Shown: in pieces, positions 1 to 11,429 of the stretch
Numbering within the stretch: the first letter of the stretch is position 1
Layout of the letters: every line of letters starts with the position of its first letter
DNA from: Catajapyx aquilonaris
Taxonomy: Eukaryota
NCBI GenBank assembly: GCA_000934665.2
Contig: JYFJ02004281.1
Location: 1-33,352, forward strand
DNA length: 33,352 bases
Reading direction: 5' to 3'
Translations under genes and position numbers: made by a program
The notes under the pieces: model-generated
The model's input: the letters and a program-made list of their open reading frames with translations, nothing else
Told to the model about the DNA's origin: nothing
The model's database searches: none

Positions 1-285
1 GGGCAGGATATGAACCCGACATTGCGCCCTGAGCACGAGACGACCTTGCTAAAGCCATTGGCGCTCCTCCCGCACAAAAGCCGGTGGGTGGGTTGCCGCG
101 ATTGTCTTAGGTTCGACATCATCTTGATCATCGTTTATCTCGTTACCGGTTACTGCCTCGACATTTCCCCTCCCTACATTTACGACTTGTTTTGGGCCAA
201 TGAGTGCACTGCCGGACGGAAGGGCGACTAGTAAGGGACACCGTGTAAGGTTCAACCTTCCGCCCAATTTGTGAAGCAGGCTTAA

Positions 286-755
286 CCCTGAACTACATAG
301 GTGGGCGAAACACCTTTAACTATGTAGGTGGAGCCTGAGAGGCTCCAACGGTATATTTAAATTTCTGCTTATCAACTAAATTGTTATATTGGACTTTTCA
401 CATACAGAAGGTGCAGTTCTGATCATTAGGCTTCTGAAAACGTAAAAATCACACGCTGAGTCAGCATATTCCGACAGGGAATAAAATTTAATTTAAAGGT
501 TACATCATGTTTGAGCCGCTCAGGCTTCACCTGCATAGGTAGAGCCTGAGCAGTTCCAGGAGGGACCTGTTCCTCGTTACGAATTTTTTTCAACCTAAAA
601 ATAGGGACTAAAAAATTTTTTCTTTCCTTTTCATGCTTAGGAAGGTTTTTATGACAAAGTCACGGAAGGACAGGGGAAAATAAAATTCAATGAAAAAGTT
701 ACATGCGTTTAAATAGTGCTTGGAGTCTCTCAGGCTCCACCTACGTAGTTAAGGG
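286..755. mobile_element. piggyBac-like non-autonomous element (MITE)
   Basis: TTAA at 282-285 and 756-759; termini CCC...GGG. The right end (revcomp cccttaactacgtaggtggagcctgagagactccaa) matches 286-304 and 313-348. Internal palindromic copy of the motif at about 517-551. Confidence 0.8.
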
Positions 756-2359
756 TTAAGGCATATACTTATTTCGCTTGCAACTTTTATCATCAGCAGT
801 GAAACATCTTAGCATAGTCAGGGGATCAAAAAATTCCCTGTTTTCACATCCTTGCAAAAAAATTACAAAAAATGAGTACATTTTTTTCGAAAATTTAGCA
901 ATCACTTTTTAAGGGGCCAGGTTATTCTGAATTTGGTTCGTCACTGACTTGTTTTCACTTATAACCAAATTATTTGCTCACTTTTGATGGAACAGTTTGT
1001 ATTATTATGCACCACTTCCATTTTCACCATTTAGTCTCCTTCCTTCTAATGTTAACCAACAACTTTCTTACGTAGATGCAGTACTGAATGCCACAGCATG
1101 TCCATGTAGACAGTTCAGGCTCATTGCTGGCACAGGCTTGAAAACTCTGGGGAAGTTAGTCGCTATTGTCACAGCCTTGTTCCAGGCAATGGGAAGCTTA
1201 CCAGCCATTGCTCTTGATAATGCCACTTATCCTGTGAAATGAACAAACAGTTCACCATGAAAGAAGAACACCCGAGATGACGTGAAACTGCACCGAAAAT
1301 GAGTTATTGACATACCAATTTGAATGAAAGACCTGTGCCTGCTCCCACTGACCCTCCATTGTTTGGACGAATCAAGCGAACCACACGGCTCTTCAAAGGT
1401 AACTCATCGTCAACAGCTGATATCTTGGGTAAGAGCCCAGCATGGAGGTTCTAGTAGAACCTCCGAAGCCGGAGTCGTCCGTCGTCCGTCGTCGCCGGAG
1501 TGTTCTGAACAATTCTGAAAGTTTATTTCTAAGGCTACCATTCTGTTTCCAAGCCTGCCTGAGCAGACCACAATAGCGACCGTACTGCAGAATGGCCACG
1601 AAACAAAACACGTTACACGTGATTGTCACGCTTGTTGTCACGTCAGGATCGGTCATGATGGTTGCGTTGGTTGGTCCTGTTCCAGGACGAAATAAACCTC
1701 CCAGAGTTGGACTCATATGGCATCTAGAGAGTCATCGGCATCTCCTCCTTCCTTCGACAGCTGGTTCTACCGCAGAGACGCAGAGTATACCAAGCCTGGG
1801 TCAGGCTTGAGAGGGTGCAGTTTGTTGGAGAATGTAATATCCACCAACTGACCCAGGAAGGAAGCCCCTCAGCCACAGGTTCCTCAGGTGAGTCGCAAGT
1901 AATGCAGTCAAAGGCTTTATTACACTGTGACAATGGTACTTCGACTAATCACATATTTGGTTTCAATGCAAAATCGTCACCATCTTTTTGAGTGATACAA
2001 TGTCAAGAGCAGTCAGAAGTTAATGTTGTGCACTTTTCACAGTATATGCACCATTGTCATTGGATGCATTTATTTCCAAACATGTTCCAGTGATATATCA
2101 TCGACAAGGAGAAGGGCAAATAGACAATTTTTCAAAAATGGCGAAAATCCATATCTAAAGGTGTCATCACCCACCGCATGTTTTGGTGAAACGACAAATG
2201 TGTATGTTGAATAGTCTGCCTGTACGAGAAAGTGGTTCCAGCGAACATCCAAAAGCAGTGTAAGGAGAAAGGGCGAATATCGTATATTTGCCCTTTTAAT
2301 CTTGGACCCCGCACCTTATAGTGCACAAGTAAGATGGGCGAATATCCACCGACATGCGA

Positions 2360-2483
2360 CAAGGTTATTCACTTACATATTTTGCGTACACTGACTACCC
2401 TCAGACTACTTGGGTAGTCACAGGGTGGACTACCTGGAGTACCTATGAAAGTGTACATGGACTACCCTTGGTGAATAACCCTG
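2360..2483. mobile_element. Very short MITE (124 bp), related to 16131-16281
   Basis: 13-bp TIR caaggttattcac / gtgaataaccctg (12/13 match) and internal gactacc/gagtacc repeats. No TSD visible. Confidence 0.55.
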
Positions 2484-2523
2484 GGCCCAAGGTGGTATCC
2501 TTCTGGAAGATATACAGGTAGTA

Positions 2524-2860
2524 GGGGAAGGCGTGGTGGCCGAGATGGTAATGTCTCGGCTTGCTGTGCGGCAGGTCCCAGGTTCAATCCCCGCCCTGGA
2601 GCTCCCTTCCGCCTGCGTCAATGGGTCTCTGGCCCGTGCCTAAGAAGGCAACCTAGCCTTCTGGGGGACTGCACATGACCCATTTCCGACAATGCACTTG
2701 CACCTGTGTCCCCTCCCCAAAAATCCCTCTCCTTACCCCCATTTCCTTACTTCCCTGCATGGAGAATGAAGAAAAAAGTATAAAACATACTAGAAAATTG
2801 ATTGTGGTATGCCACCCCCCTATAATGACTTGCAGTTGTATCACGGGGTAAAATAAATAA
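2524..2860 (+). mobile_element. tRNA-derived SINE
   Basis: A-box tggccgagatgg, B-box ggttcaatccc, (TAAA)n tail. Perfect 12-bp TSD atacaggtagta at 2512-2523 and 2861-2872. Related copy at 5667. Confidence 0.9.
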
Positions 2861-3028
2861 ATACAGGTAGTACCCGTTTTATGCCGGTTACTGGTTCTAG
2901 CAAAATGCGGCATAAAGATAGTGAAGAGGCATAAAACAAGACAATTATAATGGAAGTAAATGAGATAAGTTCCAAGATTTCCAAAAAATTTCCTCAGACA
3001 CTACGTATGTAGATTGCTGTTTTTAATG

Positions 3029-3305
3029 CCCCTTCATGCCTTTGAATAACAGTTATTTCAAAACATTGAGATATTAATATTATGTGCCATAGAAAAGTGA
3101 GCCAGGAGTGTGAACATTATTGCTGGGAGTTTGGGAGCCAGAATAATTACCTTTGGATGCATTACTATTAATATCACGGGCCAGAACAAACATTAATTCT
3201 AGAAATTTCTGTCAGGGGAAGAGGTCCCTTCATGCTATGGAATAACAGTTATTTCAAAACATTTGAGTTATTATGTGCCATAAAAAGTGAGCCAGGAGTG
3301 TGAGC
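3029..3305 (+). repeat. Imperfect direct repeat of about 85 bp (3029-3114 and 3226-3305)
   Basis: Both copies share cccttcatgc...gaataacagttatttcaaaacatt...ttatgtgccata.aaaagtgagccaggagtgtga. Confidence 0.8.
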
Positions 3306-3997
3306 GCAAAATGAGCTACATCACTGAATTTAAAGCTCCTTAATATTTAACCCACTAGTAGACGTACTTCTTGCACAGAAATTTGTAGTTAAATTCATGG
3401 AGAAGCAGTGTTGCCAAATAACTGAGTAGAAAATCCCTTTGTTTCACTGCAATATTTAACAAAATATCCTGAACCAGGAGAGTAACATTAAAACTCGGGA
3501 CACACTTTGGAGAGATGCAGCAAGGTCATGTCAAATTATTAAATTGTTTTTAAAATATTGTTTTATACCCTCAAGTATGTACAATTTAATTATAGTATTG
3601 GAACTTGTCTAATGTTAATTATAAAATTGTAAGAAAATATAATATGCTTTAAAATATGATCAGGACATGCCAGGAAGAGTAATTTTAGGCCCTTTGACAT
3701 TTTTTGCAGTAAAGGTAATTTAATATTTTGTTTGCATGGGGATGTCTAGGTGTCAACTGCATCTACAGATGTTTAAAAAATCAACTCTCTCAGTCAAACC
3801 ATTTTTGAGCTATTATGCCGGGACATAGTATTGGTAAGTTTTTGGATAATCACCCATATATGCTCCACGTTAAATCAATTTGTCGTAATTTTGAACGATT
3901 AGGTACACATCGGCCAATCCCATTTGGCAACATTGCTGGTGTTCCAAACAAGAATGTCATTTTGGTTTGTACTTGGTTTGTACTCTACTTGTACGTA

Positions 3998-4614
3998 CAG
4001 TAAAACTTCTATAAGTCAAATCTCCATGGGACCGGAAAAAAACTTCGAGTTATAGAAGATTCGAGTTAGAGAAGTTTGGCTTTTTTTAAGCACAGGACTT
4101 AATATGGAAGCCTACCTTTATATCCAGCGACAAAAGGGTTTCAAAACCTAAAAATAACTGTCATTATCACACTTACAATGTTCCTCGTTGTTTTGTTGTA
4201 AAAAAAATCTCCGTTATGGACATTTGCCTACTCTTAGATGCAAAGATTCGATTGTCACAATCCGGTCAAACACTTCTTTCGGTACATCTGGTAGACAGAG
4301 ATCAGGAAATCGAGCCTTTCTGTACATGTGGCCTACTCTCGACCCTTCAGCTGGGAAAGGAGAAAATTTTCCGTACTCGTCAACATGAACTTCGACTTAG
4401 GGCTCGACTGAAAATGCATTGATATCCCATCGTAAGGCCCTGCCTGCCCTTCGAGTTATGGAGAACTTCGAGTTATAGAAATTCGAGTTAGGGAAGTTCG
4501 AGTTAGGGAAGTTTATTTCCTATTATTTTACATTGTGACCAACCAAGCTCGTCATTTTCTTCGACTTATAGAGAACGTCGACTTAGGGAAGTTCGACTTA
4601 TAGAAGTTTGGCTG
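3998..4614 (-). mobile_element. pogo/Tigger-like (Tc1/mariner) non-autonomous element
   Basis: TA at 3996-3997 and 4615-4616. TIR cagtaaaacttctataagtc vs cagccaaacttctataagtc. Many ttcgagttatagaa subterminal repeats. Minus-strand remnant SRQMSITEIF resembles the pogo C-terminal KQxxITDFF motif. Confidence 0.85.
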
Positions 4615-4845
4615 TACTTTATGCACTCTGATTTACATTCTGCAAAATCCTTATGTCCATAGCCATTTCATCCAGCAACTCTGACTGCAGCCAATTTGAC
4701 CGGCAGCGAAATTACACGGCTGCGAGTTGCCTGGCAGCAAAATGTCGGAGATTTGGTTATCTGCTTCAAAGTGAATTCATAGCAAAATGTGCACCTGATT
4801 GTGGCAGTGTTGATGAAACCCTCAGAATTATGTAACATTATGCAC

Positions 4846-4847
<2 letters not shown>

Positions 4848-4904
<57 letters not shown>

Positions 4905-5230
4905 CCTGGGTGGTTTCACCCCCAAATGGGGCTATATCACACGGACCTTTATTTAGTCATATGTGTACATTTGGAACCTATTTTTGAAGCGCCTGGGCCC
5001 ACGGGCAGGATGACAGGAGGGGATGTGCAAAGTGCAGTGCGCGGACTGATATGGGTACATTTTGTGAACTCCCTCGGGTGGATATGTCTATTGGAGATTC
5101 CACCCCAAGACGAACCCAGAGACGACCTAAACTCTGCACGAGATGAAGGGGGTGTCCCCGGGCTGGGATCGAACCCGGGACCTTAACATCCGTGGGCGCG
5201 TACGTTACCGCAGCGCCACTCCGCCTCCCC
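4848..5230 (-). mobile_element. tRNA-derived SINE with (ATT)19 tail
   Basis: Minus-strand head ggggaggcggagtggcgctgcggt...ggttcgatccc. (AAT)n at 4848-4904. 15-bp TSD taacatt[a/g]tgcactt at 4833-4847 and 5231-5245. Confidence 0.9.
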
Positions 5231-6125
5231 TAACATTGTGCACTTGGTGTGAGGTCTTGGCTTTGGCTGCTGACCCCCTCCCCTTACCCCAGCAACTACA
5301 ACATGAGTCCACTAAACAGAGGTGAAGTCAATAAAAAAGCAGAACCTGTTGGAGGTTCGCTCGTTGACCAATCCTCCAGTGATGGTGAAGCAAGTGCTAG
5401 AGTTCATCTGCCTCCTCCTTAGAGAAAATGCTTCTGAGTGGAAGTCCATCAGACAGGTCATTCTTCGGGAGAACTTCATCTCGACCATAGTCAATTTCAA
5501 CACAGAAGACATGCAGTTATAATCTAAACCCCAGCTCTAATGGCCCTCCACGGCCCCCTTTACTGTGTTACTGAAATTATGCCCTCTTGGAAAAACAGTC
5601 AAGCAATTTTTAGTGCAGAAATTTTGTGTACTGCTGAGTTCTACATGTCGTAAATGGAGTTGGACAGGGGAGGCGCTGTGTAGAAGGTCCCAGGTTCGAA
5701 CCCTGCCCAGGAGTTCTCTTTCACCTGTGTCAGGAGGGTCTATGACCCGCGCCTTGGAGGCGTCTGGAAACCTAACCTCCAGGGAAACTGCACATGACCC
5801 TTTTTCAGACATTGCACTTGCACCTGTGTCTCCTCCCCAGAAATCCCCATCCTTATCCCATGTCCTTTCATCCTTGCACTGGAGTTGAAGAAAATTACAG
5901 AAAACTGATGGAAAATGGTGGTATTCCATCCCCCTAAGAGGGCCTCTAGCCCTATCACTGCTCAAGGTCTAGAAAAAGGTCGAACGCTCATGGGGACGAA
6001 TTTGAGCAGCCACTGCGCATGACGCCGCAAGGTGCGACTTTCTCTCGGCCGGGCGGCCTTTTCCTACATTTTCAGTTACTTTCCTCTCTAAATAGTGACT
6101 ATTTGGAGTACAGAAATTTTAATCA

Positions 6126-6559
6126 CAGTTGCGTAATCCGGATATAACAGCCCCGGCTATAACAGATTCTCGGCTATAACATATTCTAGGCTATAACAGA
6201 CTCGAAAGCCCGGTCCCGTCATACTTCCATAAGGCCCTGTGTATTTTTACTCTTGATATAACATTCATTTTCACCTCAACTTGGCTATAACAACCATTTC
6301 CTGGCCCCTTGAAGGGAATATATGCTTTTTCTGGTATATATAATTGGCAAGAAGGAGACGGCAGAATAAAATTACTGGTTTTTATGGTCCTGCATAATTT
6401 ACGGGTGAGCTAATTTTCAGTTTTTGATGGATTTCATTAATCAGTATGTACTTGTAGTAGTGTGCATTATAGGTGATTTGGCTATAACAAATCTCGGTTA
6501 TAACTTATAACAGACATTATCCGCAGTCCCTTCAAGTCTGTTATATCCGGATTCAACTG
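6126..6559. mobile_element. pogo/Tc1-type MITE nested in the P element
   Basis: TIR cagttg(cgt)aatccggatataacag / ctgttatatccggattcaactg. Repeated ggctataaca motifs. TA on the right, CA on the left. Confidence 0.8.
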
Positions 6560-6879
6560 TATATGAAATTAAACAATTTTTACATTACATAAGGTGTTGT
6601 AAACAAGAAATGACATGATTCTAAGCCATGGTGCATTTTAAATATCAATATTTTTATTAGGTTCGAGAAAATACTGTATGTCGAAATAGAGGTGGTATCT
6701 AAAAGGTACTTGAGGCACTGAAGAAGAAAAAGACCAGCAGTTAATTTGATGATCTGAAAGAAACAAGCCGGTGTAACAGTAAACAAAGATTAATTTGCAT
6801 TATAATGGTTTTTATTTACAATCAGCATTTATTTTACACATCAGAAAAATCATAGATTCCTGTTGCAAAACCTCACGCA

Positions 6880-9699
6880 GTAATTTTTTTCATTTTTTTA
6901 GCGTTTTGGCGCAATTTGTTGAAATGCAATACACAGTGGTGTCTAAGCCTATAAAGGATCGACATTTTATGAAATAATGCAATACCTCCTCTGGAACGGA
7001 AAAATGCTTTTTCAAGATGTTAACTTGCTTTGAAAAGCTCTTCTTCTCACAGCGTAAAGTCTTACCATGGTAGGTCTTAAAAATTTCATCCATACATTGC
7101 AGCTTAGAAAAGAAATCTCCCGTTGGTTTTCTAAGACCTCCATTACTTCTGAATGATACCCACGACTTCGGATCTCCAGACTCACACACGAAACCTAATT
7201 CGGGGCATTTACGCTTAAACCTTCTGGAAATAGCCCCACCCAAATAGGCAAGACCTTCCGCGTCATTGACTCTTTGCAACTTGTCATCCTTCTCGTTTTC
7301 ATTTTCTCGACCTGCTGGTGGTGTTTTGGCCAGGACCTCTCCTGTCATGCAATTCAATTGTGCGCTTGACCTGGACGTGGTGATGGAGGTATCAACATCT
7401 GAGGGTTCGTCTGGGCTACAATGTAGCCCAATGCAGTCCTCCCCAACCCCCACATCAGTTGAATTAATGTTGTCTGACACAAGAGAAGTTTTATTTACCT
7501 ACAATAAAAAGCCGCAGCCTGTGTTTGAAATCGACGGCGTTGGGATGATCGTGTGCCTTTCCCATCTGACGCATGGAGGCAAACAGATGTTCTAGTACAT
7601 CTTCGTTCAGATAGTGGGTTGTAATATACGTGAACCCATACATATCTCTCAACATGTCGTATAACCCGATGAGCGACTTACATGACATTATAATTCCATG
7701 TTGAAATGGAAACTTTTTCCCTGACACTCTCATAGAATCCATCAGAGACATCATGGTGTTCAGCAATTCACTTTGGTTTAAGTCACCTTTGAATGCATTT
7801 CTTTGTACCTTCCTGCTGTCCCTAAACACACGAGAGTTGAATAGGTCGAACCACTGGTCAAAAAGCAGGATTATGTCAGAAGTGACTTCCCAGTTACTAC
7901 ACTTTAATAAATTATTTCCCCCAAAAAATTTTAGCGCTTTTCCCACAGTCTCGGAAAAAAGTCATGCAGCCCACTTCACCCTTTGCCTGGCAGTTCCTTT
8001 TACATTCAGCAGATGTTCATTAAACCGGAATGCAATGGCTACGTCACTCTCAAAGGTTCTGTCTGCCAGTTCTTTCAAAACACTTGTATCTGCCCACAAA
8101 TTTCCAGGCGGCAATTTAAACCCGTAGTCAACGAAGTTATTGCGGGCTAACTTCAGGAGGTGTGGTGCATCAGCAAATACAAATACTTTCCTGTCACAAA
8201 CAGGGTTTCTAAAAAAAGTTGTTTGTGCATCGACGCCTAGTTGTTTCCACAACGATCTATTTTGCNCCCCCCCCCCCCATATCGGAAACAATGCCCACGC
8301 AAGGAAACCCCGTTTCTTCAAGTTTTTGTATTATATCTAAAAGAATGTCCTTCGTCATTTTGCAATCAAAATCATAAAATATCGGTTGCTTCCAGCCTCC
8401 TTCTACTCCCCTAGCCATTACCACTTGCACATATCTGTGAGGACTGTAGATAGTGTCGGTTTGTTTGTCGTAAGACCACATTTCATTTACCTTCATTTCG
8501 TCAAACGATATAATAGTGACACGTTCTTTCATTGTCATGGACTGCCCTTTCTGTTGCATAATGCTCAGAGTAGACTTAGACATTCCTGGTTCACATTTGA
8601 ACTTTGCAACCCATTTCCTTAAGGATGTTAGGCAAGGAAGAGGATAATGTAGTTTGGATCTCAAATACCTGTACGCTTTTACGCTTATGCTGCGTAGGGC
8701 AATTGCAGCTGCCAGGTCTTCTTCGGGCCATTTTCTTGGTCGACATTTCCTGATCAAAACTTCTATTTGGGTCTCGCTGAAATGTGGGAGGAGGATTTCT
8801 CGCACTTTCTCATCTACCATTTTTTTGTCCATGGACTTTTCCGTAAGAGCCTGAAGATTTGCAATTAAGCTGTTGTTTTCCTGGCGCAGCTGCTTCTGGG
8901 AAACCAGTAACTCGCATTTATCTTTCTGTTCATCCTCCAGTTGTTTCTCCAGCTCCTTAATCCTCTCTTGCATGTGTTGCAAAAGGTTTTCATCTAGTTG
9001 AGGTGGTTCGTTACATGATGGGCTGCCAGTGGTGTCCGACGAGGATGTTGATGGCTGATCTCCCTCATGTTCCTCTTCCAGCATATCTTGCGCTGTTCGT
9101 TTTCGACTTCTTCTTAGGACTCTTTCACGTCGTGATGTGGAACTCTCCGTAGGAACTAGAATATTATAAGAAAGTCATCTTTTTGAATTGGGGACGGGTT
9201 ATTACTCGTAGAGTTGTGTGACATACCTTCGACATGTGGCAATTTCAAATGAGGAACAGCGTCGGCCTTAAGGGGTAGCCCATGTTTTGGCATGTAGTTG
9301 AGCAGTTCATGCTTTAAGCTTCTCACGTAGTCTTCTTCATTGAAATGATTTGAGCATACACGAGCAGTTGAAACCTTTAAAATGCAGAAATTGTAGCCAA
9401 TTGTATACTCCATAATAGTTGCAGATGCGGAATCATTACTCAATAGGGACAGCGGACAAGGAGAGGGAGAGAGGGGGGGGGGGGGGNGGGGGGGGGGAGA
9501 GAGAGAGAGATTTGCTCAAATAGGTGAATGTATACCAAGGTGTTTACCATAACAGTCTACTCACATTGAATGTGTCCTGCCTTCTCAGAGCCGCAATCCA
9601 CTTCGAGGAGAGTGCCGCATCTTTAGGAAAGTGGTGAAACCGAATCTCTGATGTGTTTTTTTCATTATTGTTGCACCCAAAAGCACAGCACCAAGGCAT
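6880..9699 (-). pseudogene. P-element (THAP9-like) transposase, 3 exons: 9699-9565, 9374-9227, 9155-~6880
   Basis: Spliced THAP C2CH finger MPWCCAFGC...HHFPKD...W...|VSTARVCSNHF...DAVP with in-phase GT-AG introns. Catalytic motifs ISFDEM, VSDMG, DAPHLLKLARN and LNEDVLEHLFASMRQMG. Disrupted by a shift at the poly-C/N at 8266, TGA at 7964-7962, and shifts near 7490 and 6950. Confidence 0.92.
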
Positions 9700-11264
9700 G
9701 CTTGCCAGTACAGTCCCACATGAGAACTGGTTGTGAGCTATCTTCGACTCCACAGATATTTTCTTCCCACAAGTCCCAAAATTCTTCACATTTTCTCACC
9801 TTGATAGCCGGGCCCCAGGGCTTCTAGACATATGTCGCCAATGTGAGCCCAAAGGCAGGGGGGTTACACTTATCATCGCCGACCAGAATAGCTTGTCTGG
9901 GTTATCTGCTCTTAGTCACCAGTACTGACTGCAGTGATGGTACTTACCTGCAGAGCAGCCCACATTATTTCAAATTTAAAGTCTTCAGTTGGTGATCTCT
10001 CACATCATGCTATTGTTTTTGACCCATTAAGATAAATAATAAGTGCAGGTAAAGAGGTAACGTTGGTATATGTTTATTTTGCATATTTATTTATTAGTTA
10101 CAGCGAACAGAACGGTGCTCAATGCAGCAATGTTCATACCGGGCGCTCCAAATCACGCACCTTGTGATGTAGGCGCCTTGGGGGAAAGGGGCGAGAACCT
10201 GCGTAGCGTTCGACCTTTTTCTAGACCTTGATCACTGCTGGGTAACGAAAAAAAAAAAAAAAAGGTAGTTATGGGGAAACCTGCTTTTCCTCATTATTTT
10301 TTGCCACGTGTAACCTAACAAGCAAGTTTCTCACCTAATAATGCATTTGCACTTGCAGTGATGATGTGCGTAAAAATATGCGAAACTTCTATCTGAGCAA
10401 CCCAACTACAACTTTGAGAAGGTGAACAGGTCTAGTTTGCCATGCGGCCCGTTGGTGAAATGGGCAGTGGCACAGGTCAACTACGCAGACATTCCAGAGA
10501 GGCTGGAACCACTCAGGGAAGAGCTGCGATCGCTGAAGACTCAGGCAGAGGAGAAGGAGTGTCAGGCGGCAGAGCTGCAGGATGTGATTTCACACCTGGA
10601 GTGCAGCATCACAGTCTACAAGAAGGAGTATGCCCAGCTCATTTCTCAGGCACAGTCCATTAAGGCTGATCTGGAGAGCGTCCAGGCCAAGGTGGACCGC
10701 TCCATTGCCCTCCTGATGTCCATGGAGAGGGAGAGGTGGGAGGCTGGATGTCAAATAACCTTCCGCCCTCAAATGGACACCATTGTTGGTGATATCCTCT
10801 TGTCCGCTGCTTTCTTGACCTACACTGGGTACTTTGACCAGCATTACAGGCACACTCTCTTCTCCACCTGAAGCCAGCACCTGTCAAGCGCAGGGATCTT
10901 CTTCTGACATGATATTGCCAGGATGGAGTACCTCTCAGATCCAGAGGTTCAGGTCAGTCAGTCGATGTATATTGGACCATGTTTTCATTGCAAGGCAATT
11001 CATGCCTTGCAATGAAGTATTAAATTGAGGCTGTAATTTTCTCTTGCACAAGTTGCAGTAATTAAGACTTAGTTCAATTTGTTGTTCTCAATTTGTTGTT
11101 GGCAAATGCCATCCTAACAGATGACCTCTGCATTGAGAATGCAATCATGTTGATGCATTTCAACCGCTACCCACTGATAACTGACCCATCTGGGCAGGCC
11201 ACAGACTTCCTGATGAATGAGTTCCAGGACCATGAGCTGTGGAGGTCAGTAGGGCATGTCCTAA

Positions 11265-11429
<165 letters not shown>

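Larger units (their letters stand above)
5963..10230 (-). mobile_element. P-superfamily DNA transposon, full length (4268 bp)
   Basis: Perfect 26-bp TIR caaggtctagaaaaaggtcgaacgct (5963-5988 / 10205-10230). Flanking direct repeat atcactgct (5954-5962 / 10231-10239). Encodes a THAP domain plus P-type transposase. Confidence 0.95.
5667..10263 (+). mobile_element. tRNA-derived SINE (same family as 2524-2860) split by the P element: body 5667-5962, tail and poly(A) 10240-10263
   Basis: B-box ggttcgaaccc and a body colinear with the 2524 copy. The 3' tail resumes as gggtaacg(A)16 after the P-element TSD. Confidence 0.8.

Noticed and set aside
2524..2600. tRNA-like sequences here and at 5150-5230, 5667-5710 and 22879-22955
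   Set aside because: These are SINE heads with bodies and tails, three of them with clear TSDs, not tRNA genes.
4668..4925. Poly-Ile ORF on the minus strand
   Set aside because: It is a translation of the (ATT)n SINE tail.
8266..8266. Possible programmed frameshift in the P transposase
   Set aside because: It lies in a homopolymer containing an N (as at 9487 and 15560), so it is more likely an assembly artefact or slippage.
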